Shown here: piece after piece, positions 51,145-59,682 of the stretch
Layout of the letters: every line of letters begins with the position of its first letter
Position numbering within the stretch: the stretch's first letter is position 1
Source of the DNA: Actinomycetota bacterium
GTDB lineage: Bacteria > Actinomycetota > Actinomycetes > S36-B12
DNA length: 64,000 nt
Assembly (NCBI GenBank): GCA_947449035.1
Contig: CANFQC010000008.1
Span: 4,617-68,616, forward strand
Direction: 5' to 3'
Translations under genes and position numbers: made by a program
The notes under the pieces: generated by a model
The model's input: the letters and a program-made list of their open reading frames with translations, nothing else
What the model was told of the DNA's origin: nothing
The model's database searches: none

Positions 51145-51858
51145 CTACATCTGCTCCGCAGTTATCTGACGGCTCACAACTTCATGGGCAATCGTTCGAA
51201 CGAATGCCTGCTTTGTGCGCGCGTAAGCACTCATCAACTCGAACGCTGCTTCCAGGGTGATACCGGCTTGAACCGCCAGCATTCCCTTGGCCTGCTCGAT
51301 CGCGATGCGGCCATGGATTGCGGTCTCCACTTCCTCGGCGAGATCGCGAGGGTTCACCGGCGCAGCCTGCTGTGCCAGGCCAACCGCTGCGAGGTTAGCC
51401 AGAGCTTGCGCGGCGTGCAGGTCGCTCGAGGTGACCTCGTGGGGCGATCCCCCAAAGACGTTCAGCGAGCCGAGCCCATGTCCTCGAAAGCGCAGCGGCA
51501 CTGCACAGGCAGATGCATAGCCGAGCTCAAGTGCGCGTCGGGTGAAATCGGGCCAAGCGGCCTGAGCGGACAAATCTGAGGCGTTGATTGCCTGACCTGT
51601 CACCCAACTGTCGTAACAGGGACCTTGGCGACGTTGGAGTTCGAATACCTCGAGCACGTGGGTGTCTTCATCTGACGCAGCGACGACCTGCAGTTCTCCA
51701 CTGCGGTCGACAACCATCACGCCTGCTGCAGCCGCGTCAAGGGCGTCCACCGTGGAACGGGCGAGGGAGTGTGCGAGATCGATGAAGTCGAAATCCGTGA
51801 CGAGGGCTTCGGCCAAGGTCGCCAAGGCGGCCGGCAGCTCGGTGCGGGGATCAGACAT
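51145..51858 (-). CDS. GAF and ANTAR domain protein
   Basis: QGPC.D GAF motif; IEQAKGML..AF.LM..YAR ANTAR motif. Confidence 0.9.
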   Translation of the reverse strand: MSDPRTELPAALATLAEALVTDFDFIDLAHSLARSTVDALDAAAAGVMVVDRSGELQVVAASDEDTHVLEVFELQRRQGPCYDSWVTGQAINASDLSAQAAWPDFTRRALELGYASACAVPLRFRGHGLGSLNVFGGSPHEVTSSDLHAAQALANLAAVGLAQQAAPVNPRDLAEEVETAIHGRIAIEQAKGMLAVQAGITLEAAFELMSAYARTKQAFVRTIAHEVVSRQITAEQM

Positions 51859-51890
51859 GGTTCCTCCGTTGGTCGTGCGAATGCATTTCT

Positions 51891-52598
51891 CTAGTCGTCA
51901 TGGCTGAACTCCACTTCACGCTCGATGACCTGGGTAGCGAGATCGACAAGCGGAAGCCCCTCGGCGTAAGCACGAGCGCGCATCCGCGCAAACGCATCGG
52001 GCATCTGGCAGCCGAGTATTTCCGCCACCATGCCGGTTGCCTGATGCACTCGAAGCCGGTCAGTTCCTGAAGCGGAGAGCAAATCGTCGAAGTCCGCGTT
52101 CACCAGCCCTGCCTGAAGGAAGAGCACGGCATCTGTTATCAAGTCGGCGATTAGGCGGGCTGTCGCGAATGCGTCATCGCTCAACGGGCCTGGCTGAAGT
52201 CGCACCACATGGGCTACGCCGAGTCGGATGGCACCCAATCGAAGCGGCAAGGTCGCGATGGCGGAGATTCCTGCTTGCAACACGAGAGCACCCACGACCG
52301 GCCAGGCTGCTGTGGTGCTCGTGTTGAGGTGGTCGACGATCACGAGTCGATCGGTCCGGGTTGATTCGAAGGCTGGGCCTTCGCCCAAATCGAATTCGGC
52401 CTCGGTGAGCACTCGAGCACACTCGCCGGCGCTGGCGAGAACTCCGGCGGGGATTCCTTGAGCCGTCAGCACGACTGCTGCGCCGTCACAGGGCACCTGC
52501 GCGATCGCGAGCTTGCACAGGCGCTCGAGGAGATCGCCGTGCTCAATCGAAGCGAGTTCCCGAAGGAGGTCATGACGCCGATCCGGGTCGGGGCTCAT
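51891..52598 (-). CDS. GAF and ANTAR domain protein
   Basis: LGEGP GAF motif; VHQATGMV..A.ARMRARAY ANTAR motif. Confidence 0.87.
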   Translation of the reverse strand: MSPDPDRRHDLLRELASIEHGDLLERLCKLAIAQVPCDGAAVVLTAQGIPAGVLASAGECARVLTEAEFDLGEGPAFESTRTDRLVIVDHLNTSTTAAWPVVGALVLQAGISAIATLPLRLGAIRLGVAHVVRLQPGPLSDDAFATARLIADLITDAVLFLQAGLVNADFDDLLSASGTDRLRVHQATGMVAEILGCQMPDAFARMRARAYAEGLPLVDLATQVIEREVEFSHDD

Positions 52599-52934
52599 TC
52601 GAGATGACGAATGGTGAGGGGGCGACTCATGGCTCGAGATCTCTCGCTGGTTGTGGCCCCCATGGGTGCACGTTAGCCCCTGGTCGAGGTGCGCCGAGAG
52701 TTCCCATAGGGGTGACGCTAGGCGTCCAGTGAGCTCGATGACCTGCCCTGGTGGGTGCTGTGACCGCCGATGACCGAGTCGTGACTGGTCATTGAGGCTG
52801 GATGTGGGGCTGAGATCGGGGTGCTTCGTACCTTCTGGCGTGTTACGACCTGGTGAATTTGCCCTCGTGAGGGGGCGCTGGGCCCTAGGTTTCATCCACT
52901 GACGATCTACGTGTCAATTCACGAGGAGCCCCGT

Positions 52935-54491
52935 ATGAGTACCGAGAGCCCGGAGTTCTCCACCGCCGATATCCGCGAACTGGGCATCACGACTGATGCC
53001 CTCGAGGAGACCAAGCATCTCCAGCGCAACTTCGGTCGCAAGGAGATCCTGTTCTTCACCATCTGCACCCTCGTGGGTGTCGACACCATCGGCCTGCTGG
53101 CCGGTCTCGGTGCCGAGGCATTCACCTGGAACGTCATCATCGCCGTGACCTTCTTCATCCCGAGTGCACTGCTCTTCGCTGAGCTCGGCACGGCCTTTCC
53201 GCAGGAGGGTGGCCCCTACATCTGGGCGCGACTGGCCTTCGGTCGCCTGGCTGCCACCATCAATAACGTCCTGTACTGGGTGACCAACCCGGTCTGGTTC
53301 GGCGGAACCCTTTCGGTCGTTGCCGCTGCCACGGTCTCGGTCTTCTTCCTCAATGGCGCTGAGCTGTCGACTTTCTGGTTCTACGCCTTCACGCTGATCT
53401 TCATCTGGGTGGGCACGTTCGCGGCGATCCTCTCGTTCAAGGTCGGCAAGTGGATCCCGATCCTCGGCGCGTACGCCCGCTTCATCTTGCTGACCTTCTT
53501 CACCCTCTCGACCATCATCTTCGCGATCCAGAATGGCGTCCACGGCGTCGGCTTCGGTGATTTCTCGGTGACGAAGGCAGGTCTGGTCGGGCTTGCCGGT
53601 CTCATCATGTTCGGCTACGTCGGCTTCGAGCTCCCGAATACCGCCGGTGACGAAATGAAGAACCCGAAGAAGGACGTACCGTTCTCCATCGGTCGTTCGG
53701 CCATCGTTGCCATCTTGATGTACAGCATCCCGGTGCTCTGCGTCATCGTGATCCTGCCGGCTGACCAGGTCTCCGGCCTCGGTGGCTTCATCGATGCGAT
53801 GAAGTCAGTGTTCACCGTGTATGGCGGTGAGATTGCTGCTGATGGCACGTCGACTCTCTCGGGTCTGGGTGCACTCTTCGGTATTGCCTCGGCAGTCCTG
53901 TTCATCCTGTGCCTGCTCTCCAGCGGTGTCGCCTGGATCATGGGCTCCGACCGTGCCCTCGCGGTTTCGGGCTACGACGGTGCGGCACCGCGTTGGCTCG
54001 GCAAGATCTCGGAGAAGCACGGCACGCCTGTTCGGGTGAATGTGCTCTCGGGCATCCTTTCCTCCGCCGTGCTGATTGCGGCACATCAGATCAGCGAAGG
54101 TGACTCGGCGAAGTACTTCCTCGTGATCTTGAGCATCGCGGTATCGACGACGCTCATCTCGTACATCGCGGTGTTCCCGGCGCTATGGCGCCTGCGCGTC
54201 ACCCACCCGGATCACCCGCGCCCCTACCGTGCGCCATGGGCACCTTTCCTGTCGATCCTGCTCACCGGCTGGATCATCTTCGCCACCATCGAGTTGCTCT
54301 TCCCCGGCCTTGGCGTGGGCTGGTTCGGTGACGACTTCCGACCCGATGGCTGGGAGGAAGCGGAGAAGTGGAAGTACACGCTCACCGAGCTGATCCCACT
54401 GGTGGCTTTTGTGCTACTCGGCGTGATCTTCTACGCCGTAAGCGGCAAGACGCGCCGAAACCTGGCCGCGTCGAATCTCGTCGGCAAGTAG
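52935..54491 (+). CDS. APC-family amino acid/polyamine permease
   Basis: AELGTAFPQEGGPYIW, GFE..GDEMKNP, RPYRAP; about 12 TMs. Confidence 0.9.
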   Translation: MSTESPEFSTADIRELGITTDALEETKHLQRNFGRKEILFFTICTLVGVDTIGLLAGLGAEAFTWNVIIAVTFFIPSALLFAELGTAFPQEGGPYIWARLAFGRLAATINNVLYWVTNPVWFGGTLSVVAAATVSVFFLNGAELSTFWFYAFTLIFIWVGTFAAILSFKVGKWIPILGAYARFILLTFFTLSTIIFAIQNGVHGVGFGDFSVTKAGLVGLAGLIMFGYVGFELPNTAGDEMKNPKKDVPFSIGRSAIVAILMYSIPVLCVIVILPADQVSGLGGFIDAMKSVFTVYGGEIAADGTSTLSGLGALFGIASAVLFILCLLSSGVAWIMGSDRALAVSGYDGAAPRWLGKISEKHGTPVRVNVLSGILSSAVLIAAHQISEGDSAKYFLVILSIAVSTTLISYIAVFPALWRLRVTHPDHPRPYRAPWAPFLSILLTGWIIFATIELLFPGLGVGWFGDDFRPDGWEEAEKWKYTLTELIPLVAFVLLGVIFYAVSGKTRRNLAASNLVGK

Positions 54492-54517
54492 TACTTACCG
54501 CGCACACCCGTTCCATT

Positions 54518-54547
54518 GAGACCCCCTGCCCTGAGGCAGGGGGTCTC
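54518..54547 (+). terminator. intrinsic terminator after the APC permease
   Basis: GAGACCCCCTGCC-CTGA-GGCAGGGGGTCTC. Confidence 0.8.
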
Positions 54548-54686
54548 GACTTTGTCAGGGGAGTGTCAGTCCTGAAATTGCCTGGCGAGTTCTGCGGCGC
54601 GGATCAAGAAAGGGGAGTAGAACAGGAAGTGACCAGGTCCACCTGGCCGTGATTCGTTCTCATCACTTGGCGTGAAGGAGCGCAAC

Positions 54687-55184
54687 ATGTCACAGCAGTC
54701 CACAGGTCCGAGCCGTTTGAGCCGCACCGCCGCAAAGAAAGTTCCCCACCGTTCATCTGATCGCCTTTTCGCGGCGAAGGCCGCTGCTAAGAAGATGTGT
54801 GAAGACCTCATTCATGACGTGCGCAGATCGGCAGTCCATGAGGCAATGCGCATCGACTTTCTTGATGCGATTGACCAGGTCCAACACCGCCTGCACGACA
54901 TCTCGCCCGATATTCCGCATGCAGCCTCGATGGTGCGTGACTTCACCAAGGAGATCTCGCATCTGCAAGTAGCGCACACCTGGGTGGCCGCAGCAGAGCG
55001 TGTGCTGGGTCGCCTTGGCGTCAATGGTCCAAAGGGAATGCGTGATTCCCTGGTCGAATCGCAGGACTCAGTCATGTGGTGCGTGCGTGCCGGTCACTGG
55101 GACGGCCAGATGACCTCAGCGGTCACCGCTCTCGAATCCTGCGTCAAGGATGCTGAAGTGCACGCCGCGCGCGTCGCCAGCTAG
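54687..55184 (+). CDS. hypothetical alpha-helical protein
   Basis: SD AAGGAG; typical codon usage. Confidence 0.7.
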   Translation: MSQQSTGPSRLSRTAAKKVPHRSSDRLFAAKAAAKKMCEDLIHDVRRSAVHEAMRIDFLDAIDQVQHRLHDISPDIPHAASMVRDFTKEISHLQVAHTWVAAAERVLGRLGVNGPKGMRDSLVESQDSVMWCVRAGHWDGQMTSAVTALESCVKDAEVHAARVAS

Positions 55185-55193
55185 CCTGCACGC

Positions 55194-55508
55194 ATGCGCT
55201 TTCGGATCCCGCTCGTCGCCTCGGCCACGCTGATCATCGGTTTTGCAGTGGCCCGGGCGACGGGTGTGGTCTGGCTAGGGGGAGTCGTGCTGGTCATCGG
55301 CGGCGCCTGGTGCGCCTGGCAGTGGTGGCGCACCCTCGGGGTTTTTCCCGCACTTCTCGGCGTGGTGATCTACTTCGCTGCATTCGTGCTGTCCCACCCC
55401 TTCGCCCACGTAGTGGGGGCATGGCCGTCCACGATCATCGTGGCGCTCGTCGCCGGGGCGCTCGCCTGCCTGATCGAGATTCGGGCCTCCCGACGACTTG
55501 ATCGTTAG
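55194..55508 (+). CDS. small membrane protein
   Basis: hydrophobic; SHPFAHVVGAWPS; -10 TAGCCT 6 nt before the ATG. Confidence 0.7.
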   Translation: MRFRIPLVASATLIIGFAVARATGVVWLGGVVLVIGGAWCAWQWWRTLGVFPALLGVVIYFAAFVLSHPFAHVVGAWPSTIIVALVAGALACLIEIRASRRLDR

Positions 55509-55565
55509 GGCGCGAACGACCAGCGTCGTCGGTGTAGCCTTCCTGCACATCGATCTGGAGGGCAC

Positions 55566-57059
55566 ATGACCACCAACGGCGCGCTGACCGACTGGACCAC
55601 CCTGGCCGGTCGTCTCGATACCCCGACTGAACTGCTCATCAATGGGCAATGGGTGCCGGCTCAAGGCGGTAATCGCCTCGACGTGGTGAGCCCTATTGAT
55701 GGCTCGGTTATTAGGTCAATCGCCCTCGGCTCAGCCGCTGACATCGACCGCGCGGTGGCGAATGGCCGGGCAGCATTCGAGGACGGTCGCTGGTCACGTA
55801 CCGCCCCGGCAGAGCGCAAGGCGGTGCTCATCGCGTGGGCAGACCTCATCACTGCGCATCGCGAGGAACTCGCTGTTCTCCAGACCCTCGAAATGGGAAA
55901 GCCTGCGCACGAGTCATGGACCATTGATCTTCGGTCCGTCGCGAACACGATTCGCTGGAATGGCGAGGCCATCGACAAGATTCTTGACGAAATCCCGCAC
56001 ACCGAGCCGAACTCGCTTGCGCTGGTGACTCGCGAGCCGGCCGGGGTCGTCGGTGCAATCGTGCCCTGGAACTTTCCGCTGGTCATGGCTGCCTGGAAGC
56101 TCGGCCCCGCACTTGCTGCTGGCTGCTCGGTCGTGCTCAAGCCCGCCGAGCAGTCACCGCTTTCGGCATTGCTCCTCGCCAAGCTCGCACTTGAAGCCGG
56201 CATTCCGCTCGGGGTACTCAATGTCGTCAACGGCCTCGGTGCCGATGCCGGCGCTGCGCTTTCTGCTCACCGTGACGTTGATGTGCTTGCCTTCACCGGT
56301 TCGACCAACGTCGGTCGTTCCATCATGGAAGCCTCAGCGAAGTCGAATCTCAAGAGGGTGTGGCTTGAGCTCGGGGGCAAGAGTGCAAACATCATTTTTC
56401 CTGATGCCGATGTCGAGAAGGCGGCCAACACTGCCGCCTGGTCGATCTTCTTCAACCAGGGAGAGATGTGCACGGCCGGATCCCGACTTCTCGTTCACGA
56501 AAGCCTGCACGACGAGGTAGTGCAGCGCGTGCTCGCGATTGCGGAGACCATGCAGCCGACGAATCCGCTCACCGCAGGTGCACCGGCCGGTGCCCTCGTG
56601 AATGCGACTCACCTCGGGCGCGTGCATGCGATGGTCGAGCAGGCCAGGACTGAGGGCTCACGCCTGATTGTCGGAGGCGCCCCGGCACTCGTCGAGACCG
56701 GCGGCAGCTACTACCCGCCCACAGTCTTCGATCGCGTATCCCCGGAGGGCTACATCGCCCAGAACGAGGTCTTCGGCCCCGTGCTGGCCATCAGCACGTT
56801 CTCCTCGGAAGAGGAAGCGATCCGCATCGCTAACTCGACCGATTACGGCCTGGCGTCCGGTGTCTGGACCAACGACCTGTCCCGGGCCCACCGCGTCTCC
56901 CGAGCCCTCAAGGTCGGGGTGTGCTGGGTGAACTGCTACGAGGAGGGCGACATGACCTTCCCCTTCGGCGGAGTGAAGATGTCCGGCTTCGGCCGCGACA
57001 AGAGCCTGCATGCCCTCGACAAGTTCATGGACATGAAGTCGACCTGGATCCAGCTCTAG
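55566..57059 (+). CDS. aldehyde dehydrogenase (PuuC-like)
   Basis: PWNFP, KPAEQ, FTGST, LELGGKS, NQGEMC, EVFGP. Confidence 0.93.
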   Translation: MTTNGALTDWTTLAGRLDTPTELLINGQWVPAQGGNRLDVVSPIDGSVIRSIALGSAADIDRAVANGRAAFEDGRWSRTAPAERKAVLIAWADLITAHREELAVLQTLEMGKPAHESWTIDLRSVANTIRWNGEAIDKILDEIPHTEPNSLALVTREPAGVVGAIVPWNFPLVMAAWKLGPALAAGCSVVLKPAEQSPLSALLLAKLALEAGIPLGVLNVVNGLGADAGAALSAHRDVDVLAFTGSTNVGRSIMEASAKSNLKRVWLELGGKSANIIFPDADVEKAANTAAWSIFFNQGEMCTAGSRLLVHESLHDEVVQRVLAIAETMQPTNPLTAGAPAGALVNATHLGRVHAMVEQARTEGSRLIVGGAPALVETGGSYYPPTVFDRVSPEGYIAQNEVFGPVLAISTFSSEEEAIRIANSTDYGLASGVWTNDLSRAHRVSRALKVGVCWVNCYEEGDMTFPFGGVKMSGFGRDKSLHALDKFMDMKSTWIQL

Positions 57060-57166
57060 AAGAACCCTCGAAGCAGGGTGTTTTCGGGCGGTTTTTGCCC
57101 ACGCGAAAAGCCGACGTACAGTAGTGAGGTAGTCGGCTCTGCCGTGGAACGTTCGTAGGGATTTCA

Positions 57167-58510
57167 GTGAAGCTTCGTGTGGTCGTGGGCGCCGCCCTCG
57201 CCGTTGCCCTGGCCGGTGCTGTCCTGGCCGCGCCTGCCCAAGCTGTGGCCCCGTTCCCCGATGCCCCCACGATCAACGCCATCACCCCCACTGCCACGGG
57301 CACCCTGGTGGTCACCTACTCGATTCCGGCGTCCAATGGCGGTAGCCCCATCACCTCGTACCAAGCCTCCGTCGACGGCGGCGCCAACTGGCCTACCTGC
57401 TCCGATGCGGCCGGCACCTGCACCTTGATCAATCTCACGAATGGCACGGCGTATTCCGTGCAGATCCGTGCGGTCAATGCCGCCGGCCCCGGCGCGGCCA
57501 GCGCAGCGGTCGTCGGTACTCCTGTGGCACCTGCCGGGCCTGATCCCGATAAGCCCGCAACACTGCCCAAGCCCCATGTGTGGGCAACTGCAGTGTTTGA
57601 CCCCGCCGGAAACAATCTCGGTCTTTCCGCCAAGACCACAGACGCCCTCGGCGTGGGCACGTTGCCGCAGTTGACCTTCAATCGCGCGATTCCGAGCAAG
57701 GCAGTCGTAGAGCGGCACCTGACCGTCAAGGCAACAGACATGTTCGGCCGCACGTATGTCGTGCCGGGCTCCTGGGGCTGGCTCAATGACCACACCGTGA
57801 TGTTCCGTCCTAAGTCGTGGTGGCCGGGAAACTCGCGCATCGACATAGCGTCGACACTCGGCAAGGCCGTGCTCGGTAAGACCGGCTCGACCTACGTCGT
57901 CGGCTCCCCGAGCCTGGAGACGACCTACACCTTCTCCACGTCGCGCCGCATGATCATTCGGGTCGACGGTAAGACGCACCTGATGAAGGTCTATGTCAAC
58001 GATCAGAAGGTCAAGACTTTCCCTGTCTCATTGGGACAGAAGGAGTGGGAATCTCGTAACGGCGTCAAGGTGATCAGTACGCGCAAGGAGCCCAAGCACA
58101 CCTACACGAGCGTGTCGTTGGATCTCACCACCGCCGAAGACACCACCAACCCCGATTTCTACGAGCTCAAGGACATTCCCTGGAATACCCGCCTCACCCC
58201 GACGGGCGAGTTCATGCACTCCGCTCCCTGGGCGCTGGGTCGGCTTGGTAAGTGGAACGGCTCCCACGGCTGCACGAATATGCGCACCGAGGATGCCAAG
58301 TGGATCTTCGACAAGACCATTCCCGGTGACGTCGCGATCTACACCAACACAGGCGGCGAAACGGTCGAACCGGGCAATGGTCCCGGCGGCCTGTGGAACA
58401 TCCCGTGGGACAAGTGGTTGAAGAAGTCCGCATTGCGCAGTGTCACCGGTTCGGTCGATACCACTGCACCGGCACCCGTGACCGTCGGCAACGGCTCTGC
58501 CAGCGCCTGA
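57167..58510 (+). CDS. secreted L,D-transpeptidase with N-terminal fibronectin type III domain
   Basis: signal peptide; FN3 (PASNGGSPITSY..LTNGTAY..RAVNAAG); Ig-like domain (GSWGW..FRP..WWP); catalytic H..SHGC.N. Confidence 0.9.
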   Translation: MKLRVVVGAALAVALAGAVLAAPAQAVAPFPDAPTINAITPTATGTLVVTYSIPASNGGSPITSYQASVDGGANWPTCSDAAGTCTLINLTNGTAYSVQIRAVNAAGPGAASAAVVGTPVAPAGPDPDKPATLPKPHVWATAVFDPAGNNLGLSAKTTDALGVGTLPQLTFNRAIPSKAVVERHLTVKATDMFGRTYVVPGSWGWLNDHTVMFRPKSWWPGNSRIDIASTLGKAVLGKTGSTYVVGSPSLETTYTFSTSRRMIIRVDGKTHLMKVYVNDQKVKTFPVSLGQKEWESRNGVKVISTRKEPKHTYTSVSLDLTTAEDTTNPDFYELKDIPWNTRLTPTGEFMHSAPWALGRLGKWNGSHGCTNMRTEDAKWIFDKTIPGDVAIYTNTGGETVEPGNGPGGLWNIPWDKWLKKSALRSVTGSVDTTAPAPVTVGNGSASA

Positions 58511-58527
58511 CGCGATAGCGTGCAGGC

Positions 58528-59682
58528 ATGCGCCTGCTGCACACCTCCGACTGGCACCTCGGGCGCACCCTTCACGGATATTCACTAATCGACGCGCAGC
58601 GTGCCGCAGTCAATGGATTGGTCAATGAGGCCATAGCCCGCGAGGTCGATCTCTTCATAGTCGCGGGTGATGTCTTCGATAGGGCAGTGCCGCCCGTCGA
58701 GGCCCTTCGAATCCTCAACGATGCTGTCGCTCGGCTCAATGAGGCATCAATCTCCACGGTGCTGATTGCCGGCAATCATGACAGCGGAGAACGGCTTTCC
58801 ACGTACTCCAGCGTGCTGCGCGAGGGAGTCTGGGTCGTGGGCGATGCTCGCGAGCTCGCCACCCCGATCGTGCTTGATGACGAGCACGGTGAGGTGCTCG
58901 TCTATGCCCTTCCGTTCCTGGACCCCGATCTGGTGCGTCATGATCTCGCTGACGGTGAACCGCTGGAGCGCAGTCACGACGCTGTGATGACTCGGGCGGT
59001 AGAGCTCATCAACGCTGATCAGGCAGCTCGTGGATATCCGCGCAGTATTGCCATCGGGCATGCATTCGTCGTGGCCGGTGAGCCACCCGAGGTCAGCGAG
59101 AGCGAACGTGACCTTTCGATTGGTGGCGTGCAGTCGGTACCTTCCGCACGTTTTGGCGAATCCTTTGGCTACGTCGCGCTGGGGCATCTGCATCGCCCGC
59201 AGCTGGTTGGCAGCGAGGCGATCCGATACAGCGGCTCGCTCCTGAGGTACTCCTTCTCCGAGGCAGGCCACGAGAAGTCTTTCCTGGTGATCGAGATCGG
59301 AGCACCCGGAAGTGAGATCCAGGTCGAGCAGGTGCTGATCGCCCAGCCTCGACCGATGAGCAGGTTGCGTGGCTCGATGGCAGAACTGCTTTCGGAAACT
59401 CATGCGCCGGCACGCGACCACTTCGTCGAACTGGTTGTTGCTGAGGAGTCGTATCCCGAACGCATGCACGCCCGACTCGACTCGGTTTTCCCATTCGCCT
59501 TGCGCAAGGAATTCGTATCCACTCGACAGGCTGATCAACTCGCACCTCGCGGCGACGCACGGGGTCGCGACCCGGTTGACGTTGTTCGAGACTTCCTGGA
59601 ATCCACCGGAGTGACCATTGGCGATGAGAGTGACTTAGAGCTCGTGCGTGCGGTCTATGAACGTGTCCGTGAGGCGCAATGA
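58528..59682 (+). CDS. sbcD: exonuclease SbcCD subunit D
   Basis: HTSDWHLG, AGDVFD, GNHD, LGHLH, YSGS. Confidence 0.95.
   Translation: MRLLHTSDWHLGRTLHGYSLIDAQRAAVNGLVNEAIAREVDLFIVAGDVFDRAVPPVEALRILNDAVARLNEASISTVLIAGNHDSGERLSTYSSVLREGVWVVGDARELATPIVLDDEHGEVLVYALPFLDPDLVRHDLADGEPLERSHDAVMTRAVELINADQAARGYPRSIAIGHAFVVAGEPPEVSESERDLSIGGVQSVPSARFGESFGYVALGHLHRPQLVGSEAIRYSGSLLRYSFSEAGHEKSFLVIEIGAPGSEIQVEQVLIAQPRPMSRLRGSMAELLSETHAPARDHFVELVVAEESYPERMHARLDSVFPFALRKEFVSTRQADQLAPRGDARGRDPVDVVRDFLESTGVTIGDESDLELVRAVYERVREAQ

Noticed and set aside
52600-52910. ANTAR-target dual-hexaloop RNA, or an N-terminal extension of the 334-aa ORF
   Set aside because: No convincing tandem hexaloop hairpins by eye; the extension looks non-coding and the GAF-ANTAR protein starts near ATG 52598.
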